NCBI GenBank assembly: GCA_963796285.1
Contig: CAWCKW010000012.1
Coordinates: forward strand, 608,001-672,000
Origin: Nitrospirota bacterium
Lineage (GTDB): Bacteria > Nitrospirota > UBA9217
Length of the DNA stretch: 64,000 nt
Direction of reading: 5' to 3'
Made by a program: the position numbers and the translations under genes. Numbering within the stretch: position 1 is the stretch's first letter; the number at the start of each line of letters is the position of its first letter. Below the pieces are notes generated by a model that saw nothing but the letters and a program-made list of their open reading frames with translations, made no database searches and was not told the DNA's origin. Below, one piece after another: positions 42,764-53,100 of the stretch.

Positions 42764-43188
42764 GTGAGTCTCCTTGAGATAGTTATTATCTATCATGCGT
42801 CCGCACTCCGAAACGCGATGAAACACTATCTCCGGTCTCAATAAGAAATGAAAAATGTAGCTGCCTCGCGGTGCATAACCCGTCCCGATAATTTGGCATG
42901 ACAATATGCCTGCATCAGGCAGATGTCAACGATAACGATGGGGTATTTTAAAGGTATTCCAGCGAATCTAAAATGTAACATGATATGTTTCAAAGAAATG
43001 CAACTGCAACGACTTTAGGAAGTAGTCTATTATTATTTATGTACACTGTCAAGCGGAGAAGGGGATAACGCAGGTTTAAGAGCTATTCATTGAACACGAT
43101 TGCCTTCACTAAAAATTGCGCTAAAAATGTATTAAAAAAATACGCTCAGACAGAGATCGGCCAAATTCGCAAGCCAGCTGAGGGCGCT

Positions 43189-43230
43189 CTTCAGTATATC
43201 CATCTGAACCCTGTTCGGATCAAGGCTCTG
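43189..43230 (+). pseudogene. C-terminal fragment of a RAYT / IS200-like Y1 transposase
   Basis: LQYIHLNPVR motif. Confidence 0.5.
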
Positions 43231-43500
43231 TTTATGAATACTATAGTCGTATGCTTATTTGAAAAGTCTCTTGATATTTATCATTGTTTCTTTATTGTTC
43301 TGTTTGTCGGAATAACATGCATAGATATTAAGAGCAAAACAATATGCTTTATTACTATGGTATAATAATATAGTGTTAGCATAGCTTTTTACTTACGAGA
43401 TGCGTATGCGCGAAAAAAACCATTAATTGAAAGATGTAACCTGTTTTTATTCGTTAATATGAGAGGGGATATTTTGGCTGCTGCATCGACCAAACTAGTT

Positions 43501-45291
43501 ATGAAGAAATATTCGCTCATAATGCTCGTTTTCCCACTGATAACTCTTGTCCTTTCTGCATGCGGTGGCAAGGGGCCGCTGCCGCCGTCTGATACGACTT
43601 CACCCTCGATTAGCGTGACAAGCCCCACCAATGGCGCGCAGAATGTATCGGTATATAGCTCCATTACGATAACGTTCAGCGAAGCGATGGATGCCTCGAC
43701 CATCAACGAGCAAACGATCACGCTTTCCACGGGAACCGGCAATGTTCCGGGATCGGTTACGTATTCGGACAAGGCCGCTGTCTTAAAGCCGGCGTCAAGC
43801 TTGAACCCGGAAACGATCTATACCGTCACGGTTGACGGCGGCGTCAAGGACTTGGCCGGCAATGCCATGGTAACTCCCGTCGGTTTTATCTTCATCTCGG
43901 GAACAGCGCTGATACCAACGACTATGACGCTCAGCGCGCCTGCTGTGACGTACGGCGCAGACGGCATCGTGACGGTGACGGTCAGTTCAGCAACAGGGAC
44001 ACCCACCGGAAACGTGTCATTGAGTGTTGATGGCGGAACCGCGGTCGTGCAGGATCTGATTGGCGGATCTGCGGCCTTCACGATTCCCAGCCCGAGCGAG
44101 GGCACTCATACCTTAAACGCAGCGTATGCTGCACAGGGGAACTTCGGGGCAAGCTCGGCTTCCGGCACCTTAGGCGTAGGTCCGGGAGCGACGACCATGA
44201 CGCTCAGCGCGCCTACGGTGACGTACGGCGCAAATGGCATCGTGACGGTGACGGTCAGTTCAGCAACAGGGACACCCACGGGAAACGTGTCATTGAGTGT
44301 TGATGGCGGAACCGCGGTCGTGCAGGATCTGATTGGCGGATCTGCAGCCTTCACGATTCCCAGCCCGAGTGCGGGCAGCTATACCTTAAACGCAGTGTAT
44401 GCTGCGCAGGGCATCTTCGGAGCAAGTTCGGCCTCCGGCACCCTGATCGTGAATCAGGCATCGACGACGACAACGATCACCGCACCTTCGGTGACATACG
44501 GCGCAGACGGCATCGTGACGGTGACGGTCAGTTCAGCAACAGGGACACCCACGGGAATCGTGTCATTGAGTATTGACGGCGGAGCGGCAAAGACGCAGGG
44601 ACTGATCAACGGGTCCACAACCTACACGATTCACAGTCCGAGCATAGGAAGCCATCCCTTGAATGCGACGTATGCTGCACAAGGTAACTTTGGGGCAAGC
44701 TTGGCTTCCGGCACCTTAGGCGTAGGTTCGGGAGCGACAACCATGACGCTCAGCGCGCCTACGGTGACGTACGGCGCAAATGGTATCGTGACGGTGACGG
44801 TTAGTTCTGCAGCAGGGACACCCACGGGAAACGTGTCATTGAGTATTGATGGCGGAACCGCGGTCGTGCAGGATCTGACCGGCGGATCTACAGCCTTCAC
44901 GATTCCCAGCCCGAGCGTGGGCTCTCATACCTTAAAAGCAGCGTATGCAGCACAGGGGAACTTTGGATCAAGTTCAGCTTCCGGCACATTGATCGTGAGC
45001 CGGGCATCAACATCAACAGGTGTAACATCGTCGCTCAACCCGTCGATCTCCGGCGATCTCGTAACCTTCACGGCTACGGTTACGCCGTCGACAGCGACCG
45101 GGACAGTGACCTTCAAGGACAACACAACGGTCCTGGGCACGGGCACATTGTCCGGCGGTGTAGCGAAATTAAGCACATCTGCCTTGTCCGTTGCTTCCCA
45201 TTCCATTACCGCCGTATACAGCAGTGATACGAATTATGCAGCTTCAACGTCGTCTATACTAACCCAAACTGTAAATAAAAGGCCACATTGA
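43501..45291 (+). CDS. Surface lipoprotein with an SbsA-type Ig domain and 5 bacterial Ig-like (Big_3_5-type) repeats
   Basis: Lipobox LSAC; DTTSP...ITFSEAMD...VKDLAGN; four ~91-aa near-identical repeats plus a terminal SSLNPS...VTFTATV domain. Confidence 0.88.
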   Translation: MKKYSLIMLVFPLITLVLSACGGKGPLPPSDTTSPSISVTSPTNGAQNVSVYSSITITFSEAMDASTINEQTITLSTGTGNVPGSVTYSDKAAVLKPASSLNPETIYTVTVDGGVKDLAGNAMVTPVGFIFISGTALIPTTMTLSAPAVTYGADGIVTVTVSSATGTPTGNVSLSVDGGTAVVQDLIGGSAAFTIPSPSEGTHTLNAAYAAQGNFGASSASGTLGVGPGATTMTLSAPTVTYGANGIVTVTVSSATGTPTGNVSLSVDGGTAVVQDLIGGSAAFTIPSPSAGSYTLNAVYAAQGIFGASSASGTLIVNQASTTTTITAPSVTYGADGIVTVTVSSATGTPTGIVSLSIDGGAAKTQGLINGSTTYTIHSPSIGSHPLNATYAAQGNFGASLASGTLGVGSGATTMTLSAPTVTYGANGIVTVTVSSAAGTPTGNVSLSIDGGTAVVQDLTGGSTAFTIPSPSVGSHTLKAAYAAQGNFGSSSASGTLIVSRASTSTGVTSSLNPSISGDLVTFTATVTPSTATGTVTFKDNTTVLGTGTLSGGVAKLSTSALSVASHSITAVYSSDTNYAASTSSILTQTVNKRPH

Positions 45292-45409
45292 CGTCACCTG
45301 TGCTTCTCCAGGTACCAGCACGTATGGGACGGCCTTAAGCAGCACGCAGCTTAATGCTTCGGCAGACGCGGCCGGCGGCTTCAGCTGATTTTTTCAACTA
45401 CTGAACCAG

Positions 45410-45602
45410 TCGATCGACATCTGCACCATCAAGCTTCACAGCTATATCCTGATGGCCAACCATTATCATATGTTCGTAGAAACCTCTCTCGGCAATCGAT
45501 CAGAATTCATGCGTTACTTAAAAAATGCTTACATCGGATTCTACAATAGACAGAGCAGGCGAGTCGGCCATCTCTGCCAAGGAAGATACAAAACCATTCT
45601 CT
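45410..45602 (+). pseudogene. Internal fragment of a RAYT / IS200-like Y1 transposase
   Basis: LHSYILMANHYHMFVET...FMRYL...YN...RVGHLCQGRYKTIL (HxH motif). Confidence 0.75.
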
Positions 45603-45657
45603 ATATTTCGACATTTATTTTTCTATATCCGCGATTTGAACATATCGGTGATTTGTC

Positions 45658-46065
45658 ATGAGCTATTTAAAATGGAGCGATAAGTATTCGCTCAATGTTA
45701 CGGAGATCGACGAGCAGCACAAAAAACTTGTCAGCCTCGTGAACGACATGTACGACGCGATGCACGCAGGCAAAGGCAGGGATATGATAGGAACGGTCAT
45801 AGCCGAGTTCGTGGATTATACCGATTATCATTTTAAGGCGGAGGAACGGCTGCTGCGCCAAAGTGGGTATCCGGACTATGACGAGCACAAGAAGATGCAC
45901 GAAAACCTGTCCAGAAAAGCGCACAGCATCAAGGAGGCTTTCGACAGGGGGAATACACCGAGCGCGATCGAGGTGATGCTTCTCCTGACAAATTGGCTGA
46001 ATATCCACATCCTCGAGGAGGATAGAAAATATAAGCCCTATGCTGAAAGAAAGGCTACGAGTTAG
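45658..46065 (+). CDS. Bacteriohemerythrin
   Basis: W...IDEQHKKL, HFKAEE, HKKMH, WLNIHILEED. Confidence 0.93.
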   Translation: MSYLKWSDKYSLNVTEIDEQHKKLVSLVNDMYDAMHAGKGRDMIGTVIAEFVDYTDYHFKAEERLLRQSGYPDYDEHKKMHENLSRKAHSIKEAFDRGNTPSAIEVMLLLTNWLNIHILEEDRKYKPYAERKATS

Positions 46066-46385
46066 AAAGAAATGCTTGATAAGATGGAAGGAACACCTTT
46101 AGACAGGGCATATCCACCACCACGTTCTTATATCTTGCAACGCCTTGATAAGTAAGAATTCAACTCATTGGTCAACAACAAGAATCATCCAATTGCTGGT
46201 CTGCACCGTGAAAATAAACGGGTAATCCGTCTGATGCACCAGTTCTCACTCGCAAGGTCATTGATCTGACCAGTGCTATTTTTAGTAAGGCGTGTAAAAG
46301 AACAGTTTGAGATGATATGCTGTGCAGAAATAGAATTTGACAGTGGTGGAGTCAGGTGTTATAGATTAAGCAAGAAGTTCATATC

Positions 46386-46472
46386 GATCCCGATAAAGCC
46401 AAACCCTTTGCAGAAGGGTGCGGAATGCAACGGGTCTTTTAAGTTGGAAGACAGCCGGGCTGCCGAAGGATT
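46386..46472 (+). ncRNA. c-di-GMP-I (GEMM) riboswitch aptamer
   Basis: AAAGCCAAACC-stem-GGGTGCGGAATGC...GGGTCT...AGACAGCCGGGCTGCCGAA matches the GEMM-I layout. Confidence 0.8.
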
Positions 46473-46501
46473 CGTCTTTGGTATGCGCGGCTTTTTTATT
46501 T
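46453..46501 (+). terminator. Intrinsic terminator overlapping the aptamer 3' strand
   Basis: agccg..tgccgaagga-TTCG-tctttggta..cggct followed by a T-run. Confidence 0.65.
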
Positions 46502-46574
46502 ATGGGCAGGTGAAGGCATGTACACTGCCGGGTATGATGTATGGCGAATTGGGCTGGAAAAGGAGGTAAAGCTT

Positions 46575-47027
46575 ATGAATACTTCTATCACAGTGGGACA
46601 GGTATTGAGGACAAAGGGGCATGGTTTCCACGCTATCGCCCCGGATGCGACGGCATACGATGCACTGGAACTCATGGCGGACAAGAACGTCGGCGCCCTG
46701 ATGGTAACAGAGAACGGGAATCTTGTGGGTGTGTTTTCAGAACGCGACTACGCCCGCAAGGTGATCCTGAAGGGAAAAGCTTCGAAGAGCACTACGGTGC
46801 GGGAGATCATGACCAGCTCGCCGATCAGCGTCAAGCCTGCAGTGACCTTACGGGAATGCATGGTGCTGATGACGCATAAAAGGATCCGCCATTTGCCGGT
46901 CCTGGACAATAACGTGATCCTCGGCGTCATAAGCATTGGTGATGTCGTCAATGCCATCATTTCGGAACAGGAATCGACGATCGAGGAACTTCAGGAATAT
47001 ATTGCCGGCACGGGATACCGTGCGTAG
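46575..47027 (+). CDS. Stand-alone CBS-pair protein
   Basis: AGGAGG RBS; MADKNVGAL, GVFSERDYARK, IRHLPV, SIGDVV. Confidence 0.92.
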   Translation: MNTSITVGQVLRTKGHGFHAIAPDATAYDALELMADKNVGALMVTENGNLVGVFSERDYARKVILKGKASKSTTVREIMTSSPISVKPAVTLRECMVLMTHKRIRHLPVLDNNVILGVISIGDVVNAIISEQESTIEELQEYIAGTGYRA

Positions 47028-47118
47028 CGGTTCTCTTGTTCACTCGCACGGTACTCGGGACCTCCGGATCAGGGTGCCATTTTGACCAAGGAGGAGGGAG
47101 ATTGTGCGGCGTGTCATC

Positions 47119-48474
47119 TTACGGTCTGTTTCCGTAAGTACTCCGCGGCGGAGATACGGCATCGAGCAGTCGGAGGAACGCGTCCCGCGTCGTTTCGCTG
47201 TTGAGGATGCCTACATGCGTCTCGTTGAACCCGATCACCTTTGTGGCACTTGTCTGCACGGAGGGGACTAACTGGGATCGGAGAGTTACCGAGCCGTCGC
47301 TGCTTTCTCCCAGTTTGAACTTCGAGGTATCGTTGTAGGAAAAGAAAAGATAGAAAGGCAATTGTTTCGGGAAGGGCCTGCTGGTCAGGTCATTGAGAAA
47401 AGAACTCGGCGCCCCGATGTCTCGCCACGCCGGAACTACGACCGGTGCGTTGTCTATCCACTTCCGGGCAGATTCATCACCGCCATAGGGCGTGGAAAAT
47501 GAGCAGAACAGGGTGAGAGAAGACGGGAACCCCTCTGCCGAAAGCTTATTGATCGCGGAAAGCGCCACCAAGCCGCCCATGCTGTGGGCAGCCAGCACGA
47601 TCTTGGGTCCGCCGTTCTTCGATCGCTTGTCAATCGTTTCGATCAATTGCGCCAGCAGGGTCCCGAGCCTGTCAAGCGGCAGGCCGGAGGGATAATAAAA
47701 AAAGAAGGGCTGAAAGCGGCTGCGGTCCAGTCCGTCGGTCATGTACTTCCAGTCCCGCGGTGTGCCCGAGATGCCGTGAACGAACAGGACCATGGTCTTT
47801 TTTTCGTTGTAATCCTCGAGACCAAAGAAAAAACCCTGGGTATGTGCTATCAGTTCCGATGGATTATAGAGGCCCGTATTGCCGTATTTCGGATCGAAAA
47901 ACTCGTCATCGAGCGATTTGTAGACGTAGCTGGTCGGCCGTACTGTTTCGCTGAGATGAAAGTCGACCTTTCCCGGATGATCGAAGTCAACGGTGATAGG
48001 CGGTACATTCTCGAAGACTCCGCCCTTGGCATTTTCGCGACCGACGGTCACCTTCATTCCACCGATTAATTCATTCCATTCGTAATCTCCATTTCTGTCA
48101 AGATCAGCGAATACATAAAGCTCATAGTCTCCCTGAGGGAGAAAGGCCATATAGGCATCCACCGATGCCTTGGGGAGTTGCACAAGAGCGACTATTTCGT
48201 TCTCCCGATATTTATTGCTTACCGCGACGAGCAGCAAGGGTTCTTGCCGTTTCTGGTTCCTGATGATCTGCCCTGAGAGGATCAGAGAATCTTCTGGTGA
48301 AACTTGATTCAACGCCGACATGCTTGGTATGAACTCTAAGGTCTGGCGCCAGTGCACCTTACGCATATAATAGCTGCCGTAGCCGCAGCCGGAAACGGTC
48401 AAGGCACAGGTTGCGAGGAGGGAGAGTAGGATGATCGGGTGTTTGAGCAGGGACGTAAGATGATGATAAGGCAT
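47119..48474 (-). CDS. Lipoprotein alpha/beta hydrolase (lipase/PGAP1-like)
   Basis: Lipobox VSGC, FVHGISG, AHSMGG, STPYGG, SDG, terminal His. Confidence 0.85.
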   Translation of the reverse strand: MPYHHLTSLLKHPIILLSLLATCALTVSGCGYGSYYMRKVHWRQTLEFIPSMSALNQVSPEDSLILSGQIIRNQKRQEPLLLVAVSNKYRENEIVALVQLPKASVDAYMAFLPQGDYELYVFADLDRNGDYEWNELIGGMKVTVGRENAKGGVFENVPPITVDFDHPGKVDFHLSETVRPTSYVYKSLDDEFFDPKYGNTGLYNPSELIAHTQGFFFGLEDYNEKKTMVLFVHGISGTPRDWKYMTDGLDRSRFQPFFFYYPSGLPLDRLGTLLAQLIETIDKRSKNGGPKIVLAAHSMGGLVALSAINKLSAEGFPSSLTLFCSFSTPYGGDESARKWIDNAPVVVPAWRDIGAPSSFLNDLTSRPFPKQLPFYLFFSYNDTSKFKLGESSDGSVTLRSQLVPSVQTSATKVIGFNETHVGILNSETTRDAFLRLLDAVSPPRSTYGNRP

Positions 48475-48726
48475 GGAGAGCGAAATCTCCTTTGTGCAGG
48501 GAATTAAGGAGACTGTGGCAGAATGTTACCTATCCGTAATAATCCTGAAAAGAGCATTTAGCCACAGAGTATGCAGAGATCATCAAGAAAAAAACCTCGA
48601 CCCGAAAAAATATATCGCCACACAATTAGGTCCTTTGACAAGCAATTCTGGAAGTCTTTATTGCTTACTTTCCGCGGGCAACTGCTGATCTTGGAGATTG
48701 CGAGTTTTTAGCAGTTACGGGAGAGG

Positions 48727-50436
48727 TCAGGATCTCGGATCTTGAGCCTGTACCTTTTTCATTTCCTCATCACGGAGCACTCTCCTGAGCACCTTGCCCA
48801 CAAGGGTCTTCGGGAGCTGGTCGCGGAACTCGACCTCTTTCGGAACCTTGAACTTTGAGAGCTGCTCGCGGCAGTACTGGATGATTTCGTCCTTAGTGGC
48901 GGTCACGCCTTCCTTCAATACTATATAGGCCTTGATCTTCTCCCCCTTGAATCCATCAGGGAGACCGACGACGACAACATCCTTCACCTTGGGGTGGGTG
49001 AACAGGACCTCCTCAACCTCCCGGGGGTAGACGTTCTCGCCCACGGTCTTGATCATGTCTTTGATGCGGTCTACGATGAAAAAGTAGCCTTCCTCGTCCA
49101 TCTTGGCGATGTCACCGGTGTGGAGCCACCCGCCTCGAAGTGCATGGGCTGTTTCGTCGGGATTGTTCCAGTATCCCTTCATCACCTGCGGGCCTTTGAC
49201 CACGAGCTCTCCGGTCTCGCCAACAGGCATTTCCTTTTCTCCGGTCTCAATGTCCACTATTCTAGCATCCATGTCCGGGAACGGCAGACCGATGCTCCCC
49301 AACTTCCGCCTGCCGAAAACGGGATTGCAATGGGTGACAGGGGAGGCCTCAGACAGACCGTAGCCTTCCACGATCCGGGCCTTGGTCAACTGCTCGAACC
49401 GTTCCTGCACCTCGTGCATGAGCGGGCCCGCGCCGCTGATTGCGGCCTTGATCGATGTGAGGTCGTACTTTTGTATCTTCTTGTAGTTGCCGATCGCCAG
49501 GTACATGGCCTGGATGCCAGGGAAGATCGTGGGCCGATATTTGTTGATGACCTCGAGCACCTCTTTGGTGTGGAATTTGGGGAGGATGATCAGTTCAGCG
49601 CCCATGAGCACCCCGAGATTCATGGCGGTGGTCATGCCGTACACATGGAAAAAGGGAATGACGGCCAGGATCCTCTCTTCGCCCTCCTTCCCGCTTTTGA
49701 GCCAGACCTTGTTATGCACAGTATTTGCAATGAGGTTTCGGTGCGTGAGGATCGCGCCCTTGGGCGTACCGGTCGTTCCGCCGGTGTATTGTAAAATGGC
49801 TATGTCGTCGGGGGATACAGCGGTTATGACCGGAGTAGCCTGGGCTTCACTGAGCAGGGACAAAAAGTCATAGATCGGCGGCACCCGCTTAACGCTCACC
49901 CATTGCTTATCGATCTTCGCCTTGATGGGGTACAGCAGGTTCAGCGGGAAGGGAAGGTAGTCCTTGATGCCGCAGAGGATGAGCTTCTTGACGCATGTTT
50001 TGGGAAGGGCGCGGGAGATAGTAGGATAGAACATGTCCACGGCCACGAGTATTTCGGCGCCGCTGTCCTTGAGTTGGACCTCAAGTTCGTGTTCGAGGTA
50101 GAGGGGATTGGTGGCAACGGCGATGGCGCCTATCCTGAGCGTCCCATAATAGGCGATGACCATCTGCGGAATGTTCGGAAGCATGAGCGCCACCCGGTCT
50201 CCCTTTTTGACCCCGAGGCCGGAGAGGGCGTGGGAAAATCTGTTCACGAGACCGTCAAGCTGGGCGTACGTTATTCTCTTGCCGAAAAACAGAAGTGCGG
50301 TATGTCCGGGGAACTTCGCAACGGTCTGGGACAGGACGTTTCCGAGGGTCAACTCGGGGTAGGTAAGGCTGGAGGGGATTCCCGGCTCATAGAATTTAAC
50401 CCAGGGATGGTCGGCATAAGACGGAACGACGGTCAT
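48727..50436 (-). CDS. fadD: Long-chain fatty acid-CoA ligase
   Basis: YTGGTTGTPKG, EGYGLSE, GWLHTGD, LPKTLVGK. Confidence 0.92.
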   Translation of the reverse strand: MTVVPSYADHPWVKFYEPGIPSSLTYPELTLGNVLSQTVAKFPGHTALLFFGKRITYAQLDGLVNRFSHALSGLGVKKGDRVALMLPNIPQMVIAYYGTLRIGAIAVATNPLYLEHELEVQLKDSGAEILVAVDMFYPTISRALPKTCVKKLILCGIKDYLPFPLNLLYPIKAKIDKQWVSVKRVPPIYDFLSLLSEAQATPVITAVSPDDIAILQYTGGTTGTPKGAILTHRNLIANTVHNKVWLKSGKEGEERILAVIPFFHVYGMTTAMNLGVLMGAELIILPKFHTKEVLEVINKYRPTIFPGIQAMYLAIGNYKKIQKYDLTSIKAAISGAGPLMHEVQERFEQLTKARIVEGYGLSEASPVTHCNPVFGRRKLGSIGLPFPDMDARIVDIETGEKEMPVGETGELVVKGPQVMKGYWNNPDETAHALRGGWLHTGDIAKMDEEGYFFIVDRIKDMIKTVGENVYPREVEEVLFTHPKVKDVVVVGLPDGFKGEKIKAYIVLKEGVTATKDEIIQYCREQLSKFKVPKEVEFRDQLPKTLVGKVLRRVLRDEEMKKVQAQDPRS

Positions 50437-50736
50437 AAGAGACCTCCTGTAGAGTGTTCGGGGCCGTCTTGCTCTGGTTCAACGGCCGAGGGGTATATCA
50501 GAGATATTTAGTCCTGATCCCGACATGCCGGAACCAAGAGCAGCTGGATCAAAGTTATTGACCCGGATAACAGCGGAATAAAGCCCATGAGAAATAATGA
50601 GCCTTCATAACTTCAATCAGTGTAAATCATTGTTAAAGTCGTTACTGTTTTCTGCGCACATTGGTTGAATATGATTCAAAAGTTATTAAAGCTCGTGTAC
50701 CTAACTATACCATATCCTGGAGCAAGGGGCGGTGGG

Positions 50737-51994
50737 CTATCGTTTCCCTCTCGACTGGAAGCGGCGTTGACCGGAGGGGTGAGGGGCCGCCTGACGGGCC
50801 TGCCGGGCCCTGTCTGCCGTAAGTTTTTCTTCCGCGGATCTTCTGATCTCCCGGACATACATGCTGTCTTCGGCCCAATCCACAGGGATCTTCTGGCCGA
50901 TGAATTTCTCGATATCTTCGAGCGAATATACATACTCCTCGTCGGCGAGGCTGATTGCCTTGCCGGTCAAGCCGGCGCGGCCCGTGCGGCCAATGCGATG
51001 CACATAGTCCTCGGCGTCCTGGGGGAGGTCGTAGTTGATCACGTGGGTCACGCTTTCGACGTGGATGCCCCGGCTCGCCACATCGGTGGCCACGAGGATG
51101 GGGAGCTTGCCTTCCTTGAATTCCGCCAGGATCCGGAGCCTTTTTTTCTGCTCGATTTCGCCGGTGATAGCCTGCGCCTTCCAGTTATTGCGGTTCAGAC
51201 GCTCGACAACCATTTCTGCTGCGCGCCGGGTGTTCACGAAGATGATCGCAGCGGTTCGGTTCTTCCTTTTTGAGGATGCCGAGCAGGAGGGGTATCTTCT
51301 CATGCTTTCCCACGTGGTACAGTACCTGCTCCACCTGCTCAACCGTGACCTTCTCGGGCGTGATCGAGATCTTTTCAGGAAGGTTCATGTGCTCGTAGGC
51401 GAGCTCCATGACGCGGTAGGAGAGCGTGGCTGAGAAGAGCATGGACTGGCGCTTGGTATAAGGCTGCATTTTCTTGAGGAGAAACCGCAGATCGTCGATG
51501 AACCCCATGTCGAACATGCGGTCCGCTTCGTCAATGATCAGGTAGCGGGTTTTCTTGAGACTGTACACATGCTGCTTGAGATAATCGATGAGCCTGCCCG
51601 GCGTTCCGATAAGTACGTCCACGCCTTTCTGGAGCGTATCCATCTGTTTCTGGTAATCGATGCCGCCATACACGGCGAGGAGGCGGAAGCCGGTAAATTT
51701 TCCAAGCCGGGCGGCTTCATGGTATATCTGGTCCGCAAGCTCGCGCGTAGGTGCGATGATCAGTGCCTGGGGTGAGTCCCCGAGATCCACGGCCGGATTT
51801 CTGATCATCCGGGAGAAGAGCGAGATGAGAAAGGCCGCTGTCTTGCCTGTGCCCGTCTGCGCCTGCGCAGCAACGTCTTCTCCGCGCAGAGCCCGTGGTA
51901 TCACCGCTTCCTGCACCGGCGTGCATATGGTAAAGCCCGCGTGCTCTATTCCTTGTTTAACTTCATAGGGCACATCCAATTCACTAAAATTCAT
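50737..51994 (-). CDS. DEAD-box RNA helicase, RhlB-like (indels near 51250-51270)
   Basis: Q motif, AQTGTGKT, PTRELA, DEAD, SAT, HRIGRTGR. Confidence 0.93.
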
Positions 51995-52481
51995 ACAGCT
52001 CCAATCTCAGTTGCGGACATTTCGTCAACAAATTATTTTGCATAGTATACCATAAGTGACGATACGAGAGAAAGAGAATTATGAAAAATCTTCCTGGAAA
52101 GTTTATTCATACTAGTTCAGATGGACTTATTGACGGCAGCTTGTTACTGAAAAAAGAATGACTCGATGATTGAGGATTTCAATGCTCCTGTATCAGAACA
52201 GAATTCAGTATACCCTGTGCGCGAGACGATAGCCATGAAGAATAGAACGGCTGTTTACGCGGCAATTATCTTCTCTTTAATCTGATGGTAACGTTAAATA
52301 TGATTTTTCAGCCGATTCTAAAACATATTTTAATAATGAGAGAGCAGATGAAAGTAAGAACAAGTTAAAATTGGTTATATTTCATGAATAACCCATTAAA
52401 TTAAGTACCATTATTAATTGTGTGGATTCAACTGTTGATAAATTGTCTAACATGCGGAAACATAATTTCTTTTATTTTCTT

Positions 52482-52520
52482 GTTGACAAAACAGACACTC
52501 TTGTAGTATATTTTGTCCAC
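52482..52520 (+). promoter_or_regulatory. Sigma70 promoter overlapped by an inverted repeat (probable operator)
   Basis: TTGACA at 52483 and TAGTAT/TATATT near 52504-52512; gttgacaaaa ... ttttgtccac is a 9/10 inverted repeat. Confidence 0.6.
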
Positions 52521-52533
52521 GAGGTGAAAAAAG

Positions 52534-53100
52534 GTGCTGACAAAACTCTTCTCCTCGACCAGAGCAGAGCTTTTAGGCCTGTTCTTTAATAATCCTGATG
52601 ATCGCTTCTATTTAAGAGAGATAGCGCGCCACATCGGAAAAGATGCGGCAGGGATCAAGCGGGAGCTCGACAAACTGGTCAAGATCGGGCTTCTTGCAGT
52701 AGAGAAACGGGGCGTTCAGAAGTACTACTTCGCAAACAGGCACTCTCCGATCTTCTCGGAGATGAAGGGGTTGATCTTTAAAACCACGGGAGTCCAGGGC
52801 GCGATGAAGACCTCGCTCTCCCGACTGAAAGGAGTCAAGACCGCATTTATTTACGGCTCCTATGCCAAAGGGGCAGAAAAAGAGGACAGCAACATTAACC
52901 TCATGGTCATCGGCCAGGCGAATATCACGGAACTGAATGACATGGTCATGGGCCTTGAGGAGAAGCTTAACCGTGATATTGATTACCTTGTGTTTGATGA
53001 GCAGGAATATAAGAAGCGCAAGGAGTCGAAGGATCCCTTCATCCGGGAGTTGTTAAAAGGTAAAAAGATATTCCTGGTAGGCAAGGAAGATGAATTATAA
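52534..53100 (+). CDS. Winged HTH plus minimal nucleotidyltransferase (MNT) domain protein with degenerate active site
   Basis: YLREIAR...IKRELDKL wHTH; FIYGSYAKG....SNINL where SDIDL is expected. Confidence 0.85.
   Translation: MLTKLFSSTRAELLGLFFNNPDDRFYLREIARHIGKDAAGIKRELDKLVKIGLLAVEKRGVQKYYFANRHSPIFSEMKGLIFKTTGVQGAMKTSLSRLKGVKTAFIYGSYAKGAEKEDSNINLMVIGQANITELNDMVMGLEEKLNRDIDYLVFDEQEYKKRKESKDPFIRELLKGKKIFLVGKEDEL

Noticed and set aside
40928-45000. Long direct repeats as a CRISPR-like or DGR template/variable repeat array
   Set aside because: Units are in-frame protein domain repeats with no unique spacers, and no cas or reverse transcriptase gene is in the window.
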